Origin: Pristiophorus japonicus
Taxonomy: Eukaryota
Assembly (NCBI RefSeq): GCF_044704955.1
Contig: NC_091977.1
Location: 321,160,001-321,224,000 of the forward strand
DNA length: 64,000 nucleotides
Direction of reading: 5' to 3'
The notes under the pieces are model-generated. The model worked only from the letters and a program-made list of their open reading frames with translations. It was not told the origin of the DNA and ran no database searches. Shown piece by piece: positions 1 through 12,556 of this stretch (its first letter is position 1; the number at the start of each line of letters is the position of its first letter). A program made the position numbers and the translations under genes.

Positions 1-1553
1 CCTTAATTAACCAGCAGATACTCGATGATTAAACACAAGCATTCTTTTCATTATGTGGTTGCACAAACATAATTACTGACCTTTTTTGGCAAATTGAGTT
101 TTATAGAATTTTGCACGAAAGTTCAGAAATTTAAAAGAAACTGTGGTGTATTTCAAAACAAAAATATTGCACAAAATTTTTAACTAAAGCTGGATTTTGA
201 TCACTACTCTCGCATGTATTCTATTAAACATTTATCTCTACTAACAGCAATGGGATGCATTACAGAGTATTCCGTAAAGTTTAAGCCCACTATTAAATAA
301 GCATAACTGTAAACACCTTGCGAGGAGACATCCCTAAAAAGCTGTAGCTTTTTAATTAGTTTTGTTTTCAACCTCCAGCATAAAGACCAGAGCTACTGAA
401 TTTTCACGTTTGTTATTAAGATCTCTGCAGATGTGTGCGCTGCCAACAGCTTAGCATGAAAAGCAGCAGGCTAATGGGATTAAAATATCGATTCTGTATT
501 GATTTCAAATTGCTACCAATGTCCAAATGCCCAAGATGGTAGCCATTAGTACGAAACCAGGCAATCATGGTGCATGTACGTGAGGAACCTGCTTTTATTA
601 GGTTTGCTTTTTATAAAAAGGAAACCTAAACCTGTAATCATCTAAATGGTTAACAGATGTGACAAACACAAAAATGTGCTTGTTGAACCTACTCACCACT
701 CATTATTCCATTTACAACAGGCAATAAACAGACTCAAAACATAATTTATAAATAAATCAATTCATTTAAAAATATTCTTTCAGTTGGATTTATCTGGGAA
801 ATCTTAACATACTATTTCCACTCCTCCAAGTTCAGTAATTGTTTGATTAGCTGAAATAGCTTGATCCAAAAGGAAATAAACGAGTTCAAGTCTGCATTCA
901 AAATTAGTTACCTTTTAACTAAAATGAAACAAACTTCACCAAGTATGCATTCCTTTACTTCTTACTGTATTCCATTTATGTAATAAATAAAGTGGTCATT
1001 CATTTACGAACATATACAAGGCTGCAAATAATAAAATTAACCGCCTTAGTTAAAATAACAAACATTCATAATTTCCACCGCTACCCAAATTAGATGCCAT
1101 TTTCTCTCAGTCTTCCTTGGACAGATCTTGTTCCTTCAGTTCTGAAACCAGCCCAATTTCTCCCGGTTTACCAGAGCAAACCTTTAATCCAGCTACTGTT
1201 TTACTAGCTTCGAAAATAAAATGGAGATTTGTCCTTGTAACTACTATTTAATTCAGCGAATTTCTACATCATAGATTGAAATGAAACTCGTGTGTCAAAA
1301 ATATTTTCATTGTAGATAAGCATTAAAATGACTAGCTGCTGTTTACAAACATATTGAAACGTAATGGAAGAAAGCAAGATATACAGCATTTGTTAAAACA
1401 AATAATATCTGTAATCTATAATAAAAGCTGTAAGCTAAATGCAATTTTTTTTTTCAAATTTTCCAGTACTCTGGATTTTCTTTTTCTTCTCAAAAAAATA
1501 CCATCCATGTAAATTCCTTTTGGAAAACAAAAAAGCATTGTTGGAGCACTTAC

Positions 1554-1668
1554 CCACACATGTGACATTTGTACTCGCGAACGCCAAGGTGCCGTTTGAC
1601 GTGATTACGGGCATCTCCTAACTGTGCTGTTGCAAAGTTGCAGAGGGTGCATCGGAAAGGTTTCGATC
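1554..1668 (-). CDS. ZNF407: ZNF407 internal coding exon (115 nt, phase 1 in, phase 2 out)
   Basis: Minus strand reads ttttaaattcag|GA TCG AAA CCT...ATG TGT GG|gtaagt. It translates (G)SKPFRCTLCNFATAQLGDARNHVKRHLGVREYKCHMCG, continuing in frame from ...HIRTHTG of the large exon and matching vertebrate ZNF407 as I recall it. Missed by the ORF track. Confidence 0.95.
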
Positions 1669-2255
1669 CTGAATTTAAAACAAAATACAAAATTAAAAAA
1701 CAGCGTTAGGTAAAATTATAAAACCGCACTGCTAAGCACAGTTGGTTAGTGCATTTCCTCTTCATCTCTGGGAGTTCAACTTTAATTCGGCCCAGGTGAA
1801 TTGGGTGAAACTCTCGAATCTGCGCCATCTTAATACTCTTCCGAGTGGCTATTAAGACACAGCAGTAAAGTACCAACACATTTTGCAAATGTGGCTCATG
1901 AGATGGCGATTGATTTGGGAAAATAAAAATATTCCACCTGTTCAGTAGTAACACAATCATACTTGGGAGAAAGACAACACGAGGAATTGAGCTGATTATG
2001 GGTTTAGGACTCCTTTCCTAAAACTCAAAGGATGGGGAGAGAGACATAAATTCACAAACGGAATCTTATGAGGTAGACATTGAAGGTTTCTTCGTGTTGA
2101 ATCAGAAAGATATAAAATCTCAAGTCAAGCATGACAAAGTAATTACTTGACCGTTAGTACTGCTGACTTCTGCGAGAGAGTTGCAGCTATTGCAGGGAGC
2201 ACAGATTTTGTTGAAGAACTCAAAAAGGGAATGGAGAGCTTCTTAATTAAAGAGA

Positions 2256-4944
2256 ATAGAAACATAGAAAATAGGTGCAGAAGTAGGCCATTCGTCCCTT
2301 CGAGCCTGCACCACCATTCAATAAGATCATGGCTGATCATTCACCTCAATACCCCTTTCCTGCTTTCTCTCCATACCCAATGATCCCTTTAGCCGTAAGG
2401 GCCACATCTAACTCCCTCTTGAATATATCCAACGAACTGGCATCAACAACTCTGCAGTAGGGAATTCCACAGGTTAACAACACTGAGTGAAGAAGTTTCT
2501 CCTCATCTCAGTCCTAAATGGCTTACCCCTTATCCTGAGACTATGTCCCCTGGTTGTGGACTTCCCAAACATCGGGTACATTCTTCCTGCATCTAACCTG
2601 TCCAGTCACGTCAGAATTTTATACGGTTCTATGGGATCCCCTCTCATCCTTCTAAACTCCAGTGTATAAAGGCTCAGTCGATCCAGTCTCTCCTCATATG
2701 TCAGTCCTGCCATCCCGGGAATCAGTCTGGTGAACCTTCGCTGCATTCCCTCAATAGCAAGAACATCCTTCCTCAGATTAGGAGACCAAAACTGAACACA
2801 ATATTCCACAATATCACCAAGGCCCTATACAACTTCAGTAAGACCTCCCTGCTCCTACACTCAAATCCCCTAGCTATGAAGGTCAACATACCATTTGCCT
2901 TCTTCACCGCCTGCTGTACCTGCATGCCAACTTTCAATGATTGATGTACCATGACACACAGGTCTCGTTGCACCTCCCCTTTTCCTAATCTGCAGCCATT
3001 CAGATAATATTCTGCCTTCCTGTTTTTGCCAAAGTGGATAACCTCACATTTATCCACATTATGCCGCATCTGCCATGCATTTGCCCACTCATCTAACCTG
3101 TCCAAGTCACCCTGCAGCCTCTTAGCTCCTCCTCACAGCTCACACCACCACCCAGCTTAGTGTCATCTGCAAACTTAACATCCGTAAGACAAAGATCCTC
3201 CACCAGCCTGTCCTCGCCGTACAGCACTGCCCTCCAATCATCAAGATTCATAGCACGACCCTGGACAATGTGGACCATTTCCCATATCTCGGGAACCTCT
3301 TATCAACAAAAGCAGACATTAATGCGGAGATTCAGCATCGTCTCCAGTGCGCCAGTGCAGCCTTCGGCCGCCTGCGGAAAAAGAGTGTTTGAAGACCAGG
3401 CCCTCAAATCTACCGCCAAACTCATGATCGACAGGGCTGTAGTAATACCTACCCTCCTGTATGGGTCTGAGGCATGGACGATGTATAGAAGGTACCTCAA
3501 GGCGCTGGAGATATATCACCAATTATGTCTCCGCAAGATCCTGCAAATCTCCTGGGAGGACAGGCGCACCAACATCAGTGTCCTCGACCAGGCTAACATC
3601 CCCAGTATTGAAGCACTGACCACAGTCGATCAGCATCGCTGGGCAGGCCACATAGTACGCATGCCAGATACGAGACTCCCGATCAAATGCTTTATGCAGA
3701 GCTCCTTCATGGTAAACGAGCCAAAGGAGGACAGTGGAAACGTTATAAGGACACCCTCAAAGCCTCCCTGGTAAAGTGCGACATCACCACCGTCACCTGG
3801 GAGACCCTGGCCGCAGACCGCCTGAGGTGGAGAAAGTCCATCCGGGAGGGCGTTGAGCTCTTTGAGGCTCGGCGCAAGGAGCATGAAGAGGCCAAGCGCA
3901 GGCAGCGGAAGGAGCGCACGGCAAACCAGCCCTACCGACCTCTTCCCCCGACGAATGTCTGTCCCACTTGTAACAGGGTCTTTGGCAACGTATCAGATTG
4001 TTTAGTCATCAAAGAACTCACTTTGGGAGTGGAAGCAAGTCCTCTTCGATTCCGAGGGATTGCCTATGATGATGATCTGCAAACTTGGAGATATTACACT
4101 CAATTCCTTCATCCAAATCATTAATGTATATTGTAAATAGCTGGGGTCCTAGCACTGAGCCCTGTGGCACCCCACTAGTCGCTGCCTGCCATTCTGAAAA
4201 TGACCCGTTTATCCCGACTCTCTGCTTCCTATCTGCCAACCAGTTCTCCAGCCATGTCAGTACATTACCCCCGATATCATGTGCTTTAATTTTGCACACC
4301 ACTCTCTTGTGTGGGACCTTGTCAAAAGCCTTTTGAAAGTCCAAATACACCACATCCACTGGTTCTCCCTTGTCCACTCTGCTAGTTACATCCTCAAAAA
4401 TTTTTAGAAGATTTGTCAAGCATGATTTCTCTTTCATAAATCCATGCTGACTTGGACCGATCCCGTCATTGCTTTCCAAATGCGCTGCTATTTCATCTTT
4501 AATAATTGATTCCATCATTTTCCCACTACTGATGTCAGGCTAACCGGTCTATAATTACCTGTTTTCTCTCTCCCTCCTTTCTTAAAAAGTGGTGTTACAT
4601 TAGCTCCCCTCCAGTCCATAGGAACTGATCCAGAGTCGATAGACTGTTGGAAAATGATCACCAATACACCCACTATTTCTAGGGCCACTTCCTTAAGTAC
4701 TCTGGAATGCAGACTATCAGGCCCCGGGGATTTATCGGCCTTCAATCCCATCAATTTCCTCAACACAATTTCCCACCTAATAAGGATTTCCTTCAGTTCC
4801 TCCTTCTCACTAGACCCTCGGTCCCCTAGTATTTCCAGAAGGTTATTTGTGTCTTCCTTCGTGAAGACAGAACCAAAGTATTTGTTCAACTGGTTCGCCA
4901 TTTTTTTGTTCCCTATTATAAATTCACCTGAATCTGACTGCAAG
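2256..4944 (-). mobile_element. CR1 LINE, 5'-truncated, interrupted by an RTE
   Basis: RT motifs [41 protein letters not shown] in broken frames; 3' tail (TTTCTATG)n at about 2256-2270. Confidence 0.92.
3177..4074 (+). mobile_element. RTE-clade LINE 3' fragment with 12-bp TSD
   Basis: LLYGSEAW, RWAGHIVRM, C-terminal CPTC..H; (GAT)n tail; TSD atctgcaaactt at 3165-3176 and 4075-4086. Confidence 0.92.
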
Positions 4945-6090
4945 TGGGCACATTCTCGGCTTCAGGATAAGAGGGGTTGAAAGTGTTGAGTCCCTTTTTC
5001 TGAATATAAGCATCAAGCTGTGTGAGACAATGGCTTATTTTCTCTCCTGTTTACTTATTTTGGGGTCAATTCACCTTATTGGAATAACAAAATGCATGTT
5101 TATCCTGCCTCATCAAGCTATACAGCCTGATTTGGGAGTCCTACATACTATTTGAAGTCCTCCAGCAAAGGGGTCATTTTTAAATGATCATAGTGCAGTA
5201 AGAGACCTCTCACTCTTCCTCCATGTCGTGATGTTTTCCTATTGCAACCCATGAGAGCCCATTAAAATGTTCCATTCCCAACACCTCTCACCTTGGCTTG
5301 CAACAAAAAAAAAATCTAAAGTTATTTCAAAAACTTCTTACATTATTTAAGATTTTGGAGATGAACTAAATTATAATCCTGCAAATCATTGGGACACCTA
5401 AGCACCATATGGAGCTTTAGTTTAGCAATGTAGAAGAAACATTTTAACCAGCTGCAGCAAATCATCTACAAAAGTCTCAGTGTAGATCGCACATTTACAC
5501 TAAACTCAATATTTTTGTTAATTGAGATAAATTTTGCACTTTAATTTCTGAATGTAGGTCAGGACTCAGGGGCTGCCACTGGGGAAAGAAATACTGCACA
5601 CAACAAAATAAGGAGGTCCTTTATTGCAAACCGACTATCTTACAACTTCAGTGCAGTATATGGCCAAAAGCAGCTCTCTATCCTAATCCCACAAACATTT
5701 TTATACTGTTTGAAGCAGTACAAAGTAGTGCTTGAAATTAGTAAGATTCAAATTGACCTATTTCTTCCTATTTCTAGATAATGAAATTAGTTCACAGATT
5801 TCTAGATAATTAGACCTTGACCCTTCAAAAAGGTTCCTCAATTTAAAAATGGTGAGGTTACCATGAAGGAATATTTTGTCTGCGATATTTGTGACAGTCA
5901 TAATTCCATTTATGAACACTTTATTGTTTTACAACACATAGTTTAAAGAAGAAAATCTTCTCCCTTATATTTTCAGAATGCATGTCATTTTCACCACAGA
6001 AGTATGGTTATCTGAATATGTACAATTCTTCAGGAAAATCAGACTATGTTAAAACATTCGGCAGGATTGGATTCTTGCCTCAGAGAGCGC

Positions 6091-6240
6091 AAGAATATAA
6101 GAATATAAGAAACAGGAGTAGGAGTAGGCCATTCGACAAGATCGTGGCTGATCTTCTACCTCAAATCCACCTTCCTGCACTATCCTCATATCCCTTGATT
6201 CACTTAATATCCAAAAATCTATCGATCTCTGTCTTGAATT
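6091..6240 (-). mobile_element. CR1 3' tail fragment
   Basis: aagaatataagaa tail repeat followed by gtaggccattcg...gatcgtggctgatc, as in the other CR1 3' ends here. Confidence 0.75.
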
Positions 6241-6599
6241 TTACATGTAGAAGATTGGAGAGGGGAAGATATCCTCTGCATGCGACAACCTTGTAAACCT
6301 GTTCTTTACAAACTGATTTACAATTTTGTTATAGAGGAAACCTGTCCTGGTCATCTCAGATTTTTATCCAGGAGAAATGAAGGGGAACTTGTTAAGTGTG
6401 AACAAACAAGATGCAGGTCATAAATAACATTTGAAAATAAACCATTTTTGAATACAAAGCTATTTAAAAAATGTTTACATTTTGATCCTTTAGGACAAGG
6501 TCTTAACAAATGACGAATTTGAGGTTTGCATTAGCCATTCGCTCCAGTTCGGTTTCATAAACAGACCCATGACCCAACGGTACCTTTATCACCCAGTAT

Positions 6600-7790
6600 C
6601 TAGAGAGGGGATTGGAGGGGGAGGGAGAGAAGAGGGGATTGGAGAGGAAGGGAGAGAGGATCAGAGGGGTAGAAAGAAAGCGAAATCGGAGGGGGAGGGA
6701 GAGATCGGGGAGGGGAAAGAGGGAGAGCGAGAAGAGATCGGAGGCGGGAGGGAAAAGAAAGGAGATCGGAGGGGGGAAAAGAAAGGAGATCGGGGGGGGG
6801 AGGTGGGGGGAGAGGAAGGAGATCAGAAGGGGCGGGGAGGGAGGAGATCGGGGAGGGAGGAGGGGGGAGAGAGGAGATCGGGGGGGGGGGGAAAGAGGAG
6901 ATCGGTGGGGGGGGTGGGGGGGGGAGAGGAGATCAGGGGGGGGGGGGGGAAGAAAGGAGATCCGGGGGGGGGCAGAGGAGATCGGGGGGGGGGGGGGGGG
7001 CAGAGGAGATCGGGGGGGGGGGGGCAGAGGAGATCGGGGGGGGGGGGGGGGGAAGAAAGGAGATCCGGGGGGGAGGAGATCAGGAGGAGGGGGGGGTGAA
7101 GAGGGGAGGGAGATCTGGGGTGAAGAGGGGAGGGGGATCAGATATGTGGAGGGGAGGGAGGAGATCGGGGGGGGGGGAAAAGAGAGGGGGGGGAAGAGAG
7201 GGGAGGGAAGGAGATCGGGGGGGTGGGAAGGGGAGGGAGGAAATCGGGGGGGGGGAAAGGGGAGGGAGGAAATCGGGGGGGGAGGGGAGGAGAGGGAGGA
7301 GATCGGGGGGGGAGAAGATCAGAGGGGAAGGGCGGGGGGAGGGGGGGAAGAGATCGGGGGAAGAGATCGGGGGAGGAAGGAGATCGGGGGAGGAAGGGGA
7401 GGGAGGAGATCGGGGGGGGGAGAGGGAGGAGAGGGAGGAGATCGGGGGAGGAGATTGGGGTGGGAGGGGAGGAAGGAGAACGGGGGGGGAAGGGGAGGGA
7501 GGAGATCGGGGGGGGGGGGGAGAGGGAGGAAATCGGGGGGGGGGGGAGGAGGAGATCGGGGGGAAGGAGGAGGAGATTGGGTGGGTGAGGGGGGGATCGG
7601 GGGGGGGGAGGAGGAGATCGGGGGTGGGGGGGCGGGGAAAGAGTGGAAAGATCGGAAGGAGAAAGAGGAGCTCGGAGACAGGGAAGGTCAGTTGCTGGGG
7701 TGGTGGCGGGAAGTCAGGAACTCGGAGAGATCAGGAACTTGTTGGAGGCGGGGGGGGGGGGGGGCGGGGGAGATCTAATTGACAACAGTG
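6600..7790 (+). repeat. G/A-rich degenerate tandem repeat with core GGAGATCGGGGG
   Basis: Dozens of GAGATC/AAATC cores separated by G runs; extreme purine strand asymmetry. Confidence 0.95.
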
Positions 7791-8159
7791 GGGAGAAGAG
7801 GGAAGAACGTGATCCAGGTCTAAGGGGGGGGTGGGGGGAGAATGAGAGCATGAACGTGATCCGGATGGGATGATAAATCACATTCTCCCGCCCTGTTAGA
7901 CCTAGATCACATACTTCCACCAACACCTTCACCACGTTTGCCCTCTCCTCAACACCCTACCACCGCGCCACCCCCTTCCCCACCCCACAACCCCCCCACC
8001 CTGCAACACTCAACACCGCCCGCTCCAGGTCGCAGCGGTTCAAGGCGGCAGCTCACTATCACCCTCTCTGGGGCAACTAGGGATGAGCAATATAATAAAT
8101 GAATTTATAAATAAATAATTCATTGGTCCTACAACATACATGACATTACATTTATGTGT

Positions 8160-8300
8160 TAATGGCCAGACTCGACTATTCCAATGTTCTCCTGGCCAGC
8201 CTCCCATCTTGCACCCTCAATGAACTTGAGCTCATCCAAAATTCTGCTCAACGTATCCTAACACACAGCAAATCCATTCACCCATCACCCCTGTGCTCAC
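8160..8300 (+). mobile_element. L2 LINE ORF2 fragment
   Basis: RLDYSNVLLASLP...LELIQNSAQRILT is typical of the L2 RT C-terminus. Confidence 0.75.
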
Positions 8301-8377
8301 TAAGCTGCGCAGCTGTCTGCAGGTTCCGCACAGCCCATTAAAAGGGACCGCGCACAAAAAAAAATTGATAAAAACAT

Positions 8378-8500
8378 TGAAATAAAAACAAAGTGCTGTA
8401 AATACTCAGCAGGTCAGGCAGCATCTGTGAAGAAACAGAGTTAACGTTTCATGTCAACGGTATCCAGATTTCCAGCATCCGCAGTATTTTGCTTTTATAT
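8378..8500. mobile_element. Short repeat resembling a Penelope-like terminal palindrome remnant
   Basis: aaatactcagcaggtcaggcagcatctgtg...agagttaacgtttca...tttccagcatccgcagtattttgc; recalled from shark repeats, not verified. Confidence 0.45.
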
Positions 8501-8544
8501 TAGGAGGAACATTGTTAGCACTGTTGAGATCTGGAGCTGGCTGT

Positions 8545-9436
8545 CACAATGAATGGATCATATTCGGAAGTTTGCAGATGATACAAACATTGGCTGTGTG
8601 GTTCATAATGATGAAGAACGCTGTAGATAATGGACTGGTCAAGTGGGCGGAACAGTGGCAAATAGAATTCAATCCAGAGAAGTGTGAGGTAATGCATTTG
8701 GGGAGGGTTAACAAGGCAAGGGAATACAACATAAATGCTAGGACACTGAGAAGTGCAGAGGAACAAAGGGACCTTGGAGTACATGTACATAGACCCCTGA
8801 AGGTAGCAGGCCAGGCAGAGAAGGTGGTTAAGACGACATACAGAATACTTGCCTTTATTAGCCGAGGCATAGAATATAAGAGCAGGGAGGTTATGCTTGA
8901 ACTGTATAAAACTAGTTAGGCCACAGCTAGAGTACCGTGTGCGGTTCTGGTCACCACATTACAGGAAAGATGTGATTGCACTAGAGAGGGTACAGAGGAG
9001 ATTTACGAGGATGTTGCCTCAACTGGAGAATTTTATCTATGAGGAAAGATTGATAGGCTGGGGTTGTTTTCTTTGGAACAGAGGAGATTGAGGGGAGACC
9101 TTATTGAGGTGTATAAAATTATGAGTGGCCGAGATAGAGTGGATAGGAAGGATCCATTTCCCTTAGCAGAGGTGTCAACAATCAAGGGGCATAGATTTAA
9201 AGTAAGGGGGGAGGTTTGAGGGGATTTGAGGGGAAATGTTTTCACCCAGAAGATGGTGGGGGGTCTGGAAGTTACTGCCTAAACCCTCGCCACATATAAA
9301 AAGTACTTGGATGTGCACCTGAATTACAGTAACCTACAGGGCTATGGACCAAGAGATGGAAAGTGGGATTAGGCTGGATAGCTCTCTGTCAGCCGGCACA
9401 GACACAATGGGCCAAATATAAATCTCTATGATTCTA
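8545..9436 (+). mobile_element. CR1 LINE 3' fragment
   Basis: KFADDT, WAEQWQIEFNPEKCEVMHLG, RPQLEYRVRFWSP; tctatgattcta tail. Confidence 0.9.
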
Positions 9437-10464
9437 TATTAGACTTTGCAAAGTACCCGATTACTCAGGTAGGCACGATCTAATTACACATTTGCAGACA
9501 AACTGCTGATTGTGTATTGTCCTCCAAGGGGACCAATCAGAAATCTAGTCTTGCCCTCCAAGCGACCAATCAGAACTCTGGTGTTACAAATAGTTACAAG
9601 CTTTTAACAGCAAGGCCCCTCATTGTATACTTGATTCTGTGATCCTACATTTGTCATCACATACAATCCTCCCATCTCCCGCAAACTGATGCACACTCCA
9701 GGGAGATGTGGCCTAACGTAAACCAACAAACTGGTTTACTTTACATGAAATACATGAATGAACAGGATGCCATTTTCTAGTGAAATACAATCTATTTCAT
9801 ACTGATTTCTCGTAACATGAAAAATAACAAAGAATGCCACTCAACCCCGGTTAATGGACTAAACTAACTTTTTGGGCTAGCAGTCCTGGAACTTTCCAGT
9901 CACTAACCTTTCCTATTCTACTTGCCTGATGCAGATCTCAATTGGCTTCCTCGGTGTTCAATTAGCCAGCATTATTAAGAGTGTGTCATTTTAGTCTGAA
10001 GAATTCAGTGAATGAGTCTAACTACAGTGATAACACACCAGTTTCAGAGGACAAGAATGCCAGGGAAAATCTCACTTCCCAGCTGCATTCCCTGAATCTC
10101 CCTCTGGCTGCAGGAGGAGGAAGTAGCAGCATTACTTTATTAAGGAAAAGGAGCAAGTGGAAGGAATTACTTCAGAGACACATGGAACGAGGGATGTGGA
10201 AGGGAGAAAGAGAAATGCAGGAGGAAAGGGACATAGTGTCAGGAGCATAGGGAATGAAGCGGAGATACAGAATAGGTAAGGAAATTAATGAATAATCGAT
10301 ACTATGTGTATTTTTAACATTCCCCAAACATTCAGAGTGCCACCTGTACAAGGGATTCATATGTCAACGAATTAGCACATTTGAATGTTGGCATTTAATA
10401 AATTAAGGAAAAATTTAAAATATATAATGGCGCTCACCTACTAATTCTAGTTGGTTATTAATTC

Positions 10465-10682
10465 TCCATGGCCTCGCCCCTCCTACTTCTGTAACTTCCT
10501 CCAACCCTCTGAGATCTCTGCGCTCCTCCAATTCCAGCTTCTTTGACCAAGCTTTGGTCACCTGTCCTAATATCTCTTTGTGTGGCTCGGTGTCAAATTT
10601 TGTTTGATAACGCCCTTGTGAAGTGCCTTGGGACGTTTTACTTTGTTAAAGGTACTATATAAATGCAAGTTGTTGTTGTTGT
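10465..10682 (+). mobile_element. L2 LINE 3' end
   Basis: ctctgcgctcctccaattc...tatataaatgcaagttgttgttgttg, shared with other copies in the window. Confidence 0.8.
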
Positions 10683-12451
10683 AAGCTCCACGTGTGCGCA
10701 TATAATTAAAAACTCAACTGAGCACTTTCTCTGAGGGCATGTGTTTGAAAAGTGAATATTTAGCTTTACCAATACTATACACCAACATAACGAGACTATG
10801 CTGTAGGTCATTGGAACTAAGGTTGAAACCAGTCAATCAAAAATTATGCATCTTCCAAAATTTCATAAGTTCAAAAGGGTTAATTTGGCACTTACGAGAA
10901 GAAAATGATACCATGCATCGCTCATCAAAAATCAATAAAAATCCACAAGACTTTTTTATATTGAGACAAATATGCTCAATTGCTAGCGTTTTCACAGCAT
11001 TATGAAAAGGTGTCTGTTTCATACCAAGCACTATAAATAACCCTAGCCTTTTATGAAAAAAGGATGATTTATCTTTAAGAACTAGATATCTCATCACATT
11101 TTTACACCCCTACATTGATTGCATACCAATTCTACTGTATATAAAAGTGTTTACAAAACCAATTATAGATAAGAATAAACAGCATACAATTACATTTTAG
11201 TAATGACAATACTAATTACCCAGATAGAAATGCTCACAATTGTTTTAGTAATTTTAAGGTGATTTTCAGATGTCCAATTATCTTGTGTTTGAGAAAACAA
11301 AATGGTGCTAAACATTTTGATGAAAGGTAGGTTATTACAACTGTCATAGTACCAGGGCGGTTCATGCATTCCATTGAGCTGTCATTGTTGTCAAGTGAGT
11401 TTAATGGTTACTAATTGATTATTAAACAAATAAGGACTATTCTTTAATTCCACTTATTCTGCAGAATACAATTAAACTAGTCATCCTCCCCCCCCCCCAC
11501 CCCCCGCACCCCACGCCCCCAGAGTGCAACCTTTCTACTTTCAATTTAAAAGCTCGATTTACAGATCTTTCCTGTTTGTCCATCGCAAATTACAAATCAT
11601 TATGGAGCCATCAGCTAATCATTATGCGGAGTTTTCAAAGCTGGAGTGATTTCATCACAAAACAGAGATATATTACATGAGGTATATATGTCACCATTGA
11701 AAAACAAGCAAAGTGTAAGATGATCTAGGACTATTTATCCAAGAGAGCTGCTGAGCATTCAACAGTTTAATTGAGTAGACACTTTGGTGTGGAATTATTA
11801 TTTTTGCAACACCACACTTTTCATGAAGCTGCTGGCAATACATGTGAATGTTCGGAATTAAAAGGGTAAGGATGGTCTGTTAGGAAAGCTTGGTGCAAAA
11901 TTATGTCAGAGAGCTAAAATTGATTTGTAACAAGTCTCATGACATTGCTACTTACCCATGCCCTACTCATTTGGCAGAGCCAGATAATGCTGGACGCTTA
12001 TAGTACCACTATGGCACTTGCTTCTATTCTCCACACATCAGACAACTTTGTACTGACATTATAAACTTGTGTATGATGTTTACCGTTCCTTTCAAACGTT
12101 GCAGTAGGGAAGGTGGAGAGACGAAAAAGAATGCAAGATTAATAATTTGGATGTATTAAATGTGTCCAGATGGTTCTCCTTCATGGTGCAGAAGTTCGAA
12201 GCATGCAAGGGAAGGGCTTTCTCTGGCCCAGGTCTGAGGCCCAAGACCAAGCGGTCAGGCGGTTTTGTGGTAAAAATGGGAAACATCTGCCTGTTACTGA
12301 GTAACTGGGGCGGGGGGCGGGGGGCGCGCAAGGGGACAGGGGGGGCAGTTGACGAGGTCAGTTTCAGTCAGCGATTTTCTTTAGGAAAGCTCCTCACAAG
12401 GGCCTGGACCAAGCAATTGCAGACAAGAACCTCCCCGCCCCCCCCAGCTCT

Positions 12452-12556
12452 CCCTCCATTACAACAGTGATTACACTTCAAAAGTATTTCATTGACTGTA
12501 AAGCACTGCGATGTCCTGAGGATATGAAAGTCTATATAAATGCAAGACTTCCTTTT
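12452..12556 (+). mobile_element. Deu-domain SINE 3' fragment
   Basis: attacaacagtgattacacttcaaaag...tatataaatgcaag matches the 3' part of the copies at 40368 and 51575. Confidence 0.65.

Noticed and set aside
1439-1960. ORFs 1439-1621 (+) and 1706-1960 (-)
   Set aside because: No homology recognised; the real coding sequence here is the 115-nt minus-strand exon.
6569-7873. Long Gly/Arg/Glu-rich ORFs (up to 388 aa) resembling RGG proteins
   Set aside because: Open in all three frames because the purine repeat lacks stop codons; no splice or codon evidence; antisense to the host gene.
8378-8500. Hammerhead ribozyme in a Penelope-like remnant
   Set aside because: Only a GAAAC segment is visible on the minus strand; the CTGAnGA core is absent.
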